NCBI RefSeq assembly: GCF_006345805.1 | Contig: NC_042999.1 | Coordinates: 149,978,001-150,042,000 of the forward strand | Direction: 5' to 3' | Source: Octopus sinensis | Taxonomy: Eukaryota | DNA length: 64,000 bases | Shown: one piece after another, positions 24,922-37,984 of the stretch | How positions within the stretch are numbered: position 1 is the stretch's first letter | How the letters are laid out: the number at the start of each line of letters is the position of its first letter | The notes under the pieces: model-generated | What the model was told of the DNA's origin: nothing | Database searches by the model: none | What the model saw: only the letters and a program-made list of their open reading frames with translations | Made by a program: the position numbers and the translations under genes

Positions 24922-25290
24922 TTTTTCTTGTTTCAGTCATTAAACTGCGGCCATACTGGAGCACCACCTCGAAGAATTTTTGTCGAACGAATCGGCACCA
25001 GTATATATTTCAAAATTTGGTACTTATTCTATTGGGTCTTTTGCCGAACCGCTAAGTCTTTTGTCGAACACAGGTTGTCAAGTGGTGTGGGTGGGGAAAA
25101 CACAGACACCAAAGACACACACACATGCCGGTCTTCTTTCAGTTTCCGTCGACCAAATCCATTCACAAGGCCTTGGTCGGCCTGAGGCTATAATAGAAAA
25201 CACTTGCCCAATGTGCCACGCAGTGGGACTGAACCCGGGACCAAGTGGTTGGGAAGCAAACTTCTTACTACACAGCCATGTTCGCACCTG
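24922..25290 (-). mobile_element. SINE family B
   Basis: Tail ttgtttcagtcattaaactgcggcc, core acttgcccaatgtgccacgcagtgggactgaacccgg, head cttactacacagcca. Confidence 0.88.
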
Positions 25291-25306
25291 TAAAAATAGG
25301 TAAACC

Positions 25307-25346
<40 letters not shown>

Positions 25347-25782
25347 AAGAGAGAAAGAGAGAGGGGGATGGACAGTAGTAGTAGTAGTAGTAGTGGTAGT
25401 AGTAGTAGTAGTAGTAGCAGCAGCAGCAGCAGCAGCAGCAATCGCTTGCAAAATATTCCACCTTCAAAACATCTTACAGTCAAGTAGCGCAAATTTATGC
25501 TCACGAACACACATACACACAGCACACACTCGATCATACACATAATAGGCATATACAACACACACACATACACACACATGCCTACGTCAAACAATCCGGG
25601 AAACCAACCACAGACCACATGAGCTGCTTTGACTCAAACGAAAGTCTGGCCACTTGAATTCTGCAAAGGAGAAAAACCAATTAAAGCACATAGACAGATA
25701 GACATAGTATTTAATTATATATGTGCATGTTTAGACATGCAGCTACATGCATGTGAATACATAAAGCAAAACATACAATTCT

Positions 25783-26023
25783 TATTTCTTTATTGCCCAC
25801 AAGGGGCTAAACATAGAGGGGACAAACAAGGACAGACAAAGGGACAGACAAACAAAGTCGATTACATCGACCCCAGTGCGTAACTGGTACTTAATTTATC
25901 GACCCCGAAAGGATGAAAGGCAAAGTCGACCTCGGCGTAATTTGAACTCAGAACGTAACGGCAGACGAAATACCGCTAAGCACTTCGCCCGGCGTGCTAA
26001 CGTTTCTGCCAGCTCGCCGCCTT
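25783..26023 (-). mobile_element. SINE family A, long tail, about 14-bp TSD
   Basis: Full copy; flanks AAACATACAATTCT (25769-25782) and AAATATACAATTCT (26024-26037). Confidence 0.9.
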
Positions 26024-26095
26024 AAATATACAATTCTGCACATGCAGAAACTACAAATGCTGCACTTATACACAAATACATGCAAAAATGCAAAC

Positions 26096-27089
26096 GTTGA
26101 TGTTGAAATTCCAATGAAAGAGCCTTGGATCTAGGTTAGAAAGTGACACTTTCTCTATTGGCAAGAAATCTTGAAATAAAACTGAATAATGGCAAAGATA
26201 CATATGTACGTACATGGTGGCTGCCCCCTCGTTATCGAGTATGGCCATTGCACGAAGCTTAATCAATGTTGTTATCGTGCAATGCCTGTGCAAGAAGATT
26301 TTTTTAAAGTGAGGAAAGGCTGTGCACTGAGTCAATCCCACTCACTAAGCAACAGCAGCCATAATCCGAAAAGAAGAACAAGTCAACATCATCGGTAACC
26401 ACTGAGCCGCAGGTTTTATGTCGGAGTTATCCCAGTTACCTGAGTTACCTTCTTCTAGAAGGATGCCCTAACAAAGGCTAGGAGTCCTTCACTCCCAATG
26501 GTTTAACCGCGCGATCGAGTATTCAGTCCGATTATTTCTATGTCCCCGCGCATGATACAGCCTTAAGACATTTATTGGATGGCCGTTGACTCTCAGGAGT
26601 TCCTCCGCCCTTTGACGGGTTTTGTTTTTCATCCCGCAGGGTGACCAATAAACACCCTCCTCACCAAGCAAGCGTGATGGGGTTGCCGGTTTAGTCGCCG
26701 ACGACCTGACCATGCAACAGGTTGTACTGCGTTACATGTTACCAGTAGCACTCGAAAGTGACCTGACATACACACACACACACATACATACATACATACA
26801 TACATACATACATACATACATACACATATACATATATATACATACATACTTACATATATACATATATACATACGCACATGCATATGTGCATTTGCAGGCA
26901 CACACAGATGTATACATACACATACATATGCACACACAAGCATGCATACATACATGCATACATACATACATACATACATACATACATACATACACATATA
27001 CATATATATACATACATACTTACATATATACATATATACATAAGCACATGCATATGTGCATTTGCAGGCACACACAGATGTATACGTAC

Positions 27090-27138
<49 letters not shown>

Positions 27139-27472
27139 CATAGATTCAAATGTACACACAAGCATACATACATACATACATACATACATACATACATACA
27201 TACATACATACATACATACATACATACATACAACAAACAAACAAACAGAAGTATCCTGTTGTTGATGTTGAAATTCCAGTGAATGAGCCTTGGATGTAGA
27301 TTAGAAACCGGTTCTTTCTTTAATGGCATGACATCTTGAAATGAACTAAATAAGACAAACAAATAAAGTACCCTGTTGTTGTTGAAATTCCAATGAAAGA
27401 GCCTTGGATCTCGGTTAGAAACCGGTTCTTTTTCTATAGGCAAGAAATCGTGTAATAAAACTGGACAATGAC
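26096..27472 (+). repeat. Three copies of an approximately 97-bp element associated with (CATA)n
   Basis: 26096-26192, 27257-27356 and 27374-27472 share gttgaaattcca(a/g)tgaa(a/t)gagccttggat(c/g)t...ttagaaa...ggca...aatcttgaaat...aact. Confidence 0.8.
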
Positions 27473-27724
27473 ATACATACATACATACATACATACATAC
27501 ATACATACATACATACATACATACATACATACATACATACATACATACATACATACATACATACATTCATACATACATACATACATACATTCATACATAC
27601 ATACATACATACATACATACATACATACATACATACATTCATACATACATACATACATTCATACATACATTCATACATACATACATACATACATACATAC
27701 ATACATACATACATACATACATGA

Positions 27725-28335
27725 ACGTAGTTGGATTAACCTACTTAAACTGGCGCGAGAAATACATTATACCAGCAGGAATATGTATGAGGTCATATTT
27801 GAGAACGAGAGTCGCAGATTCTCCGTCAGTTTCGACGACGACAATTCTGTAGCATCCTCTCCTTTCTTACGCTTGTGGTGCATTACGGACTTCCCAGAAG
27901 AATACGCTTCCGCAATTCAGGGACAGACGACGACTACTAATCACCTGATCAATCAAAGAGGTAACAATTCCACCATATCTCCACGTTGTCATAGAGTAAC
28001 TCTTGGAAGCTACAGTGCCATCATGAAGAATGGTCATGCAAGGCTAAGGGACCCAATTCTGATGTATGTGTGCCCGCGGCTTACTGTCAAAGGCCCAGCT
28101 CATTATCCGCTTCAGCGAGAATGTATCCACATCTTTAGAAATAAGGAATATTGAAGAATATTCCAATAACAATCGTAAGCCACTGCAAATATAACAGACC
28201 TGATATTTTTGTATGGGATAAGGAGCATAAGTCATATACTTTTGTTAAGGCCATCTGCCCATAGTTTTTCTGAGGTTGTGAAGAACGAAAACATCTGTGA
28301 TGAATTAGTGAGAAGTTTATTGATATCGTACCTCG
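27725..28335 (+). mobile_element. Degenerate R4/Dong-like LINE fragment (RLE domain)
   Basis: YASAIQGQ...NIPITIVSHCKYNRPDIFVWDKEHK...ENICDELVRSLLISY aligns with the KHKRPDIMIWD...ENIYAELLKNLQLLY of the 3111-3680 copy. Confidence 0.75.
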
Positions 28336-28344
28336 TTTGTACTT

Positions 28345-28583
28345 ATTCTTTTACTCTTTTACTCTTTTACTTGTTTCGGTCATTTGACTGCGGCCATGCT
28401 GGAGCACCGCCTTTAGTCGAGCAAATCGACCCCAGGACTTATTTTTTGTAAGCCTAGTACTTAGTCTATCGGTCTCTTTTGCCGAACCGCTAAGTGACGG
28501 GGACGTAAATACACCACCATCGGTTGTCAAGCGATGCTGGGGGAACAAACACAGACACACAAACATACACATACATACATACA

Positions 28584-28619
<36 letters not shown>

Positions 28620-28788
28620 CATATATACGATAGGCTTCTTTCAGTTTCCGTCTACCAAATCAACTCACAAGGCTTTGGTCGGCCCGAGGCAATAGTAGAA
28701 GACATGCGCAAGGTGCCACGCAGTGGGACTGAACCCAGAACTATGTGGTTGGTAAGCAAGCTACTTACCACACAGCCACTCCTGCGCC
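28345..28788 (-). mobile_element. SINE family B, full length
   Basis: (GAGTAAAA)n tail, internal (TATG)n, head GGCGCAGGAGTGGCTGTGTGG and B box GGGTTCAGTCCC on the minus strand. Confidence 0.92.
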
Positions 28789-29057
28789 TATGAACATTTC
28801 CATAGGAATATATAAAAAGAATTTTATAAAAGCCTAGAGATTCAGGTGTTTTCGAAGAAAGAAAAAAAAAGAAAAGCAAACTGACAGATGTCTTTCAAAT
28901 CAAATTGATTAGTCGTACGGTAAAGGTGTGTAAAATATTCCAAAGATTGCCCTGTTTCCGGAAATCAGCATAGATATATAATCACATGTGTCCGTGTGAC
29001 ACACATACATATGCGTACATGTATGCATACATACATATACGTACATGTTTGCGTACA

Positions 29058-29103
<46 letters not shown>

Positions 29104-29128
29104 CATACATACTACATACATACATACA

Positions 29129-29159
<31 letters not shown>

Positions 29160-30535
29160 GTTATTGGCGTCATAAGAATTTATAAACTTTAGAGAGAGCA
29201 TGAAATAATTCTTTTTTTTTTTTAACTGTAGATCTCGAAGCTATAAATAATAGCATGTAGATATTCATAGCTCTATGTGTTTCGAGATCCGCTGTTACAG
29301 AAAACAAAACAAAGCAATTATATACATATATGTATTGGGAAAATGGTGAAAAATATTGAAGCTCTCGTTTAGTAAGAAGGATTCTTCTGGAGTCTTTCCC
29401 ATTTAGCTAGAATGGTTTGAGAAGAAGAAGAAGAAGAAGAAGAAGAAGAAGAAGAACAACAACAACAACAACAACAGCGACAACAACGACCGCGACATCA
29501 AAGTAAGTGTTTCTGGTTAAACAGCTCCATAAATTTCTCACAAAATTCTAAGCTGTCTAAACAGATTACATCATCTTGGTTGATAATATTGATTTTGGTT
29601 GTTTGGAGTCTCAATGAATTTGTCCTCTATATCACAACGTTGGTCTCAAGTCTCAGCATATTTGCTTCCTATCTTCAATTTTAAGAACAGCAACTGATCG
29701 TTTAAAGAGCAGCCGATTTCGTAGTTAGTGTCATTGCTTGTATCATTAAAAATTATTTCGATGCCTGATTTCTTGATTATATTAATTATGATTTACCCTA
29801 CAAACCGGTTTCATGCAAGAGTATTTGCTATAACGATATTTCTGCTTCAACTACTCAGCGCTGGATCTGGAAAATAGGTCAGTTTGAAAACATTGATGTC
29901 CAAGTCACAAAAGCAAAGTTTGAAGGAAATAGTTGTCATTTCCTTTGATTTCCAGATAGAAGTAAATAGGAAAAAACACTTATTGACCGAAGACAAAAAA
30001 CAAAACAAAAAAAAATGTTACACAGTGTAGTCAATAAAATTGAAATAAAATTTTAGAATTTATAATTTCTGTGCAGTCTGGTACCGAATGATCTGTGTGC
30101 CCCTGCTAGTCATCAGCCTGGTTACTGAAGACCTCTTCTGAATTATAGTACACCTGTTCAAGTGAAATTAAATATCAAATGGCGTTTCTCACTTTCGAAA
30201 ATATTTAAATATCTCTTATGCCACGCAATAAACAGTACACACACACATACACACACACACATACACACACACACAATACCACCAGTCGCGGGGTCGGACC
30301 ACCGGTGACTAAATCAGCAAGAATGCCAATCTTGCTTGGTAAGGATTGTGGTTTTCACCGGATACTCTCTAGGACGAAAAGCAAAACCTCTCAAAGAGCA
30401 GATTAGCTCAGTAGAGTAAGCGACCATCAGGAAAATTCTGCTGTAACATCTGCAACTTCGTTTGCTACCAATGATATAAACTAGTTCTTGTTGGGCAGAT
30501 GCATGCGTTGTTCAGAGAGATTGGAATTGGTTCAT

Positions 30536-30599
30536 GCAAAACCTTTCCCCACTTTAAAAAGCTTTCGGCAAAACCTTTCCTCACTTTAAAAAGCTTTCG
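30536..30599. repeat. 32-bp direct tandem duplication
   Basis: gcaaaacctttcc(c/t)cactttaaaaagctttcg twice. Confidence 0.9.
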
Positions 30600-30990
30600 G
30601 CAGAAGTATCGCTTCATTTTTAACGTCTCTATTGTGTTGCATACTAAGGCCAGCCTTAAGAAAAAGGGAAAGTACTCAATGAAAAATTCCATGATGGAAT
30701 GAAGGCATGAGTTGGTGTGGGTGGTAACTCTCCAAACACATGCTGCAAAAAGCATCCATCATTTCCGCATATGTGCCCTCCTAGGGTTGAAAAATAACAT
30801 CCGTTTTGCGCAAGTATAAGAGAACAATCATGAGATGGCATTGCTCGAAATCGAGTTTTAGCCATTATAGACGCGCGCGTGCGTGTATGTGTGTGTGTGT
30901 GTGTGTGTGCGTGTGTGCGTGCGTGTGCGTTTGCGCGTGTATATACGTGTGTGTGTGTATGTAATATGATACATAATATATATGATATGT

Positions 30991-31311
30991 GAAGGCGCGT
31001 GGCTTAGTGGTTAGGGCATTCGGCTCATGATCGTAAAGTCGTGAGTTCAATTCCCGGCGGCGCATTGTGTCCTTGAGGAAGACACTTTATTTCACATTGC
31101 TTTAGTTCACTCAGCTGGCAAAAATGAGTAGTACCTAAATTTCAAAAGGGCAGCTTTGTCACACTCTGTGTCACGCTGAATCTCCCTGAGAACTACGTTT
31201 AGGGTACACGTGTCTGTGGAATGCTCAGCCACTTGCACGTTAATTTCACGAACAAGCTGTTCCGTTGATTGTATCAGCTGGGGCCCTCGTCGTCGTAACC
31301 GACATAGTGCT
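30991..31311 (+). mobile_element. tRNA-derived SINE family C
   Basis: TGGCTTAGTGG A box, GAGTTCAATTCC B box, central GTGTCCTTGAGGAAGACACTTTATTTCAC; colinear with 39286-39600. Confidence 0.88.
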
Positions 31312-31349
31312 CCTACTACTGCTCCTATATAATATAACGGTTTCAGATT

Positions 31350-31545
31350 TTAGCACAAAACCAGCAGTTTTAGAGGAAAGGGTAAGTCGATTACATCGAC
31401 CTCAGCGATAGATTGGTATTTATTTCATCGACCTCGAAAGGATGAAAGGCAAAGTCGACTAGGCGCATTTGACCTCAGAGCGTAAAGCCAAAACAATACT
31501 GCAAATCGTTGTTCGACGATGTAACGATTCTGCCAGCTCGCCAGT
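31350..31545 (-). mobile_element. SINE family A, diverged
   Basis: gtcgattacatcgacc...gatgaaaggcaaagtcgac...aacgattctgccagctcgcc. Confidence 0.8.
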
Positions 31546-31994
31546 TTAATGAAAAAATAATATAATAAAAATACATACATACATATATATAAATTTATAC
31601 ACAGACATACACACTAAAGAACTGTGATACTCATGTCTTCCTGTCACTCACTCACACGGACACTGTTAATTTGTCCTTTGACAACACTCTTCCGTCAACA
31701 GTGATAGCAAACAAACGCACAAGCTAATTAATTATTATATGTAGATAACTCAAGGAACTTACTGAAACGCCATCTGCAGGAAACTGTAAGACATATTTAG
31801 TGACACATGTAATTAATTTATTATTCTAACGTGGCGAAGAGAAGAAAGCATTACTTTGGTTTTTTTTTAAAATTAATATTTGAGCTTGGTAAGTAAGAGT
31901 GACAACTCCCAACATGTTATGATCTTATTCGGCCTCATCAGCTTTGCGTCTGCTTATCAATTTTGTATCTCAAGGTCACAAATTATAATACATC

Positions 31995-32342
31995 TTTTAC
32001 TTGTTTCAGTCAGTGAACTGCGGCCATGCTGGAGCACAGTTTTGAAGGGTTTAGTCGAACAAATCGACCCCAATACTTACCTTTTAACTCTGGTACTTAT
32101 TCTCGCGGATCTTTTGCCGAACCGCTAAGTTACGCGGATGTAAACAACTAACACCAGTAGTCGTGGGATAATAAACACAAACATAAAACTCCCCCCCTCT
32201 CTCTCTCACACACACACACAAGGCATTTGTCGGCCAGGGGTTATAGTAGAAGTCACGTACCTAAGGTGCCGCGCAGCGGTACTGAACCCGATACCACGTA
32301 GTTGCAGAACGAGCTTCTTAACCCCACAACCATACCTGCACC
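31995..32342 (-). mobile_element. SINE family B, diverged
   Basis: cttttacttgtttcagtc...ggccatgctggagcac...ttttgccgaaccgctaag...aaggtgccgcgcagcggtactgaaccc. Confidence 0.8.
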
Positions 32343-33240
32343 TATTTAATCAAATGGTCCCCCTGTATATATGCGTGGCCTTCTACTATTACTGTACATT
32401 AGTGTATTACTAGTGAGACAGCAAATGGCCGAGTCAACTGAATATCGAACAACCCAGATGAAAGGTTTTCGGGTCACTTGTGGTCACTGTTACTTCATGT
32501 ACCTATACCAAAATCCGTAACTCTCAGTGACCGAGTTTGTCTAACTCTAAGTAGGTACCTGCATGGTTGTGCAATTCCTTTATAAGTATGAACAATACCG
32601 TATCATTAATGAGAGTTTTGTTAGCTCGCAGCATTGAGGTATCTTCCTCTCGTGTACAAAGTTATCTGCGGCAGACCGATGTGTTTTTTTTTTCAGGAAA
32701 TATATTTGTTTCTCACTCATTAAATGTTTCACAAATTTAAGTAAAGCAGCGATGCTGTGAACCGTTTCATGAACAGCCATTCGTGTCAATGATATTATTT
32801 TGTTAACACACACCCCGCCCCGGAGGACTGCAAAGCAAATGTTAAACCTGTGGGATTTGAACTTGGGATACATCGAGGGATCTCTGTCGGAGTTCAACCA
32901 TGTTTGTTACCCTCCCTTAACGTTATTTGAAATTAAATCTGTTAAACACTAAATTCCTACAAATTTTATCAGGATTAACACAGTGAGAAAGAATTTTAGG
33001 TTTCCTGCTCTGGAATTCTGGTATGAGTTATTTAATTATAAGCGTAAACCCATTAACTGAATTTGTGAAGCAAAGAAAACATCACAAAGAACCAAACCCT
33101 TAATCAAGGGATAACTACAAAAAATACCTTAATAAATTTATGTATGTGCGTACGTACGTATATATGTTTGTATGTGTGTATGTATTATATTTATACGTAT
33201 AAAATGTGTAAATGTGTCAGTGAATATATATATATATATA

Positions 33241-33424
33241 GGCGCAGGAGTGGCTGTGTGGTAAGTAGCTTGTTTACAAACCACATGGTTCCGGGTTCAG
33301 TCCCACAGTGTGGCACCTTGGGCAAGTGTCTTCTACTATAGCCTCGGGCCGACCAATGCCTTGTGAGTGGATTTGGTAGACGGAAACTGAAAGAAGCCCG
33401 TCGTATATATGTGTATGTATATAT

Positions 33425-33456
<32 letters not shown>

Positions 33457-33911
33457 GCGTGTGTGTGTTTGTGTGTCTGTGTTTGTCCCCCTAGCATTGC
33501 TTGACAACCGATGCTGGTGTGTTTATGTCCCCGTCACTTAGCGGTTCGGCAAAAGAGACCGATAGAATAGGTACTGGGCTTACAAAAGAATAAGTCCCAG
33601 GTCGAGTTGCTCGATTAAAAAGGCGGTGCTCCAGCATGGCTGTAGTCAAATGACTGAAACAAGTAAAAGAGTATATATATATATCTTTTTACTCTTTTAC
33701 TCTTTTACTTGTTTCAGTCATTTGACTGCGGCCATGCTGGCGCACCGCCTTTAGTCGAGCAAATCGACCCGGGACTTATTCTTTGTAAGCCTAGTACTTA
33801 TTCTATCGGTCTCTTTTGCCGAACCGCTAAGTGACGGGGACGTAAGCACACCAACATCGGTTGTCAAGCAATGCTAGGGGGACAAACACAGACACACAAA
33901 CACACACACAT

Positions 33912-33966
<55 letters not shown>

Positions 33967-34426
33967 GCGTGTGTGTGTTTGTGTGTCTGTGTTTGTCCCC
34001 CTAGCATTGCTTGACAACCGATGCTGGTGTGTTTATGTCCCCGTCACTTAGCAGTTCGGCAAAAGAGACCGATAGAATAGGTACTGGGCTTACAAAAGAA
34101 TAAGTCCCAGGGTCGAGTTGCTCGATTAAAAAGGCGGTGCTCCAGCATGGCTGCAGTCAAATGACTGAAACAAGTAAAAGAGTATATATATATATATATC
34201 TTTTTACTCTTTTACTCTTTTACTTGTTTCAGTCATTTGACTGCGGCCATGCTGGCGCACCGCCTTTAGTCGAGCAAATCGACCCGGGACTTATTCTTTG
34301 TAAGCCTAGTACTTATTCTATCGGTCTCTTTTGCCGAACCGCTAAGTGACGGGGACGTAAGCACACCAACATCGGTTGTCAAGCAATGCTAGGGGGACAA
34401 ACACAGACACACAAACACACACACAT

Positions 34427-34487
<61 letters not shown>

Positions 34488-34646
34488 TACGACAGGCTTC
34501 TTTCAGTTTCCGTCTACCAAATCCACTCACAAGGCATTGGTCGGCCCGGGGCTATAGCAGAAGACACTTGCCCAAGATGCCACGCAGTGGGACTGAACCC
34601 GGAACCATGTAGTTGGTTAGCAAGCTACTTACCACACAGCCACTCC
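33241..34646. mobile_element. Cluster of four SINE family B segments (+ full, - half, + half, - full)
   Basis: 33241-33671 (+), 33685-33935 (-), 33967-34182 (+), 34200-34646 (-). An internal block of about 515 bp is tandemly duplicated almost identically. Confidence 0.92.
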
Positions 34647-35369
34647 ATATATATGGTGATGGTGACCCAGTTTAAAACAAGTGGCACATTTAGCAACAAA
34701 GAACTACTTTACTGACTGACAAATCGCGAACCGAAAACGGGGAAGAAAGACAAAAAAGAAAAATTAAAGAGATTCTCTTGTCTGACTATTGGAAGTTAAT
34801 ATGGAAGCGACTATTAACCTTTGTCAATAAATAACGGATTTAAAAAAGGAAAGGTCAGTCAAACTTGACATTTGCGATGTTTATTCTTGGAATATTTAAC
34901 ATTTCATATTTGTAGTTTAAAAATACATTAAGGCAGCAGAAGCAGATGAATGCCAATCTAAATACCAATATATTTATATCTGATTATGAGCTGAATTCAA
35001 ACATGGCTGCCGACTTCGTCTCCACTCTTTTGTCTTCTAGCATTGTGACTGTTGGTAATATTTATTTAAAAGACAGCTCAGCACAAACAAACTTATAATA
35101 AAATGCATTCTGTGATTCTCCTGCCTTCTTTCGGATCGAGTACATGTAGGACACGCGCGCGCGTGCGCGCAATGCTGCAACGAAAATTAACAATCCTTTT
35201 GTGTCCTTTTCGCTTTTCTTCACTGTAATTTGTTTCCCTTTGTCCGCCGGCGTATATATATACAAATTTCGAAAGGCCACCAACTACTATTTCCGATGTG
35301 TTTTTTCTGCTTTTTAATTGTAGGATGTGGTTTGGTTGAGATTTTGCTACTATCTCTAGCAGATCGCAT

Positions 35370-35480
35370 GAAGACATAGAGACAAATTTGACCTTGGCAG
35401 AATTTGAACTCAGTTCGTAGAGATTCAAAACAAATACTGCCACACACTCTATCCGACGCTCTAACAACTCTGCCCATGCA
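35370..35480 (-). mobile_element. SINE family A head remnant
   Basis: gaccttggcagaatttgaactcag...ctctaacaactctgcc. Confidence 0.6.
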
Positions 35481-35754
35481 CCGTATACTGTTTCATTTCT
35501 GTTCATCACACAGCTACCATCGGGCGGCTTTTAAGCTAACTCCTGTGGAGGGCTCTTCATTAGGCTTTGGGCCCAACAATGACACTTCATGCATTAAGTA
35601 CATATTAAATTTTATTAAACTGAAACATTATTTTTCAAGCAATGAACAATTTTCATCAAAACAATGATGTAATTTGTCGACTTGTAACTTATTGCAAAGC
35701 TGCATGATAAACAGCAATACCGCCACCGTAGCCACTACATCCGTCATACACACC

Positions 35755-35958
35755 TCATTCAAACTTCTGACGCCACAACCATCAATACCTTTGACTTCGC
35801 CACCTTCCCCTCCACCACCATCACCACTGTCTTTCACATCACTTACTCTTACCGTCATTCAAACTTCTGACGCCACAACCATCAATACCTTTGACTTCGC
35901 CACCTTCCCCTCCACCACCATCACCACTGTCTTTCACATCACTTACTCTTACCGTCAT
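35755..35958. repeat. Perfect 100-bp-period tandem duplication
   Basis: 35755-35854 is identical to 35855-35954. Confidence 0.97.
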
Positions 35959-36099
35959 CCCTGACCGACTCGGCTACCACCACCACCACCATCATCACCA
36001 GCGCCTCCGCCTCTATTTATTACTATCACACCATTACCATTACAAAAAGCTAAATGTGTGTGTAAAAGAATTGTGTTCAGTATGTTAGTTCAGTGTTCA

Positions 36100-36215
36100 G
36101 TCCCCCAACAGCTAACACCACGAAAGGCATCCGGTCGTATAATACTCCAAGAAGTCTCGTCAGGCTCATGCCAGCTTAGGGAAAACTGACACAAAAACGA
36201 TGGTGATGATAATAA
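36100..36215 (+). mobile_element. Probable RTE-type retroposon 3' tail
   Basis: aaggcatccggtcgta...catgccagc...ggaaaactgac...aaacgatggtgatgat, resembling RTE-associated tails that end in (GAT)n; inference. Confidence 0.45.
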
Positions 36216-36769
36216 TGGTGGTGGTAGTGGTGGTGGTGGCGGCGGCGGTGGTGATAGTGGTGATGGCGGCGGTGGTGATAGTGGTGGTGGTGTGATTATA
36301 CACGCGTAGTCGTGTGCATATGCAACGCATACATAGTTACAGTGGTTTACACTTTTGTGCGAAAATAAACGCCGACACGAAGAAATAAGCATTTGTTTTA
36401 TTCTCCAGCATTGATCTAAGTTTTGAGGACAATTCCTTCTCAACAGCAAAGTAGATTGTTTTTCATTCCATAAATGGTCTTTTTGTCAAGTTTACACGAA
36501 CTTTCAACAAATATTCCCAGTAATTTTTTCTGTTTTCGTTATTAAGTGTAATCTAATATGGCCGCTTTAAAGAAAATAGTGAAAATGCAATTACAAATAT
36601 TAAAGTGAAAAAACAAACTGTTAACTGACTTTTAATGACACTCAAAGCTACACACACATACAGACATAAACACGCACACATAAACGCATAACAATTAACT
36701 GTGTAACAAGCAAACATTTTTTAAAGCAGAATCCAGGCTGTTTCACTTGAGGCTTTGAAGGCTGCATAC

Positions 36770-37984
36770 TGTTACGGTTGGCTAAGTGCATTTCGGGTTT
36801 AATTAGTGTAGTGTTTCTGGTGACCCACATCGTGGATATGGTTCCAGTATGTCTGGTGAAAATGTGACAGTCTTTTGTCTAATGGAGGACTAATGGGTTT
36901 TGGAATGACCTGTGACCTCGTGCGGCTGAGAAGAGGGTCAGGAGAATGTGAAAGAAAAGGGACAGATTAAGGGCTGAGAGCAAATAGAGATAGAGTATAA
37001 GCAGTAAGGGACGGATGGAGAGGCTAAGAGTCTGGCAGGCGATAGCGATAGAGTAAGAGCAGAGGGAAAATAGAAAGGATAAGCAGTAAGGGACAGATAG
37101 AGAGGCTAAGGGATTGAGGCGATATAGATAGAGTAAGGAATCAGAGAGCAGTTAGAAAGGGTAGGAGCGATATAGACAGAGGGAGATGAGGGAGTGGAAG
37201 TCAGGACAAGGAAGTGAGGTTCTGGGCAGTCGTTGAGCGGTCGTCGAGGAGCACAGACGGATCTTGCAGTCGCTGGCCGGTCCTCGAAGAAGACAGTCGG
37301 ATCCTGGAAGTCAGAGCGAGTAGATGGAATCTTAGAAGCGTTGGAATTCTTAGGAGCAAGTTGGATGCGAGAAAGCTTGGCGGCACAGAAGGGAATTAGC
37401 AATATTCAGAGGAATTAGCAGTATTGAGAGGAATGGGACACTGGCAGATTCAATTAGGAATTGAGGTATGTGTTTGTGCATTGATATGTGTCACGGTGTA
37501 TTGAACAGTGAAAAGAACAGTCAAGGACTCTGTCGATGTGGTCGATAAAGGACATTGTGAAGAAGAAGAGTAAAGGACTTGTTGATGTGACTTTATCTGT
37601 GATGTTTAGGAAGAGACTTTAGAGAACTGTTGTCTTGGGACGTGTACTCTTGAATTGTTACATGATGTTGTATTATGCTTTGAGTTGTACTCTTGAAATG
37701 CTGTTGTATTATGTATTGAGTAGTCACGTGCATGCTTTGATGTATCTTGATGTTGTAACAATTGTAATTGTCGTATAAACTGTTGTTTGAATATAAGCCA
37801 GTGTTGCCAGTTGTTGCCTTGCCTCTTTGGGTTGTATCTCGGGTTGTGCCTCTGTATCTCTGTGCTGTTGAGGTTGTGGCAGTATCTATCTGTATCTCCT
37901 CTCTCCGCCTCTTTGGGTTCCGTGGCGGAACTTGTGTGAGCCGTTCGGGACGGGCGACGACGGGTGATCCCCCGTTTCGTAACA
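36770..37984. mobile_element. Solo LTR (Ty3/Gypsy-type), 1215 bp
   Basis: TGTTACG...CGTAACA terminal inverted repeat; 4-bp TSD ATAC at 36766-36769 and 37985-37988; no coding content. Confidence 0.8.

Noticed and set aside
24203-27472. Regularly recurring short repeats that might suggest a CRISPR-like array
   Set aside because: Spacers are microsatellites, copies are diverged, the context is eukaryotic, and no cas genes are present.
30690-30800. ELVWVVTLQTHAAK resembling a GIY-YIG C-terminal motif
   Set aside because: No GIY/YIG or RT motifs upstream; too weak to call a Penelope fragment.
30991-31065. tRNA-like sequences with A and B boxes (also in all family A and B heads)
   Set aside because: They continue into SINE bodies and lack a proper acceptor stem, so they are SINE heads, not tRNA genes.
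36816-36832. TGGTGACCCAC resembling a tRNA-Trp PBS
   Set aside because: It lies about 50 bp inside the solo LTR rather than just outside an LTR end, and no internal retroelement sequence follows.
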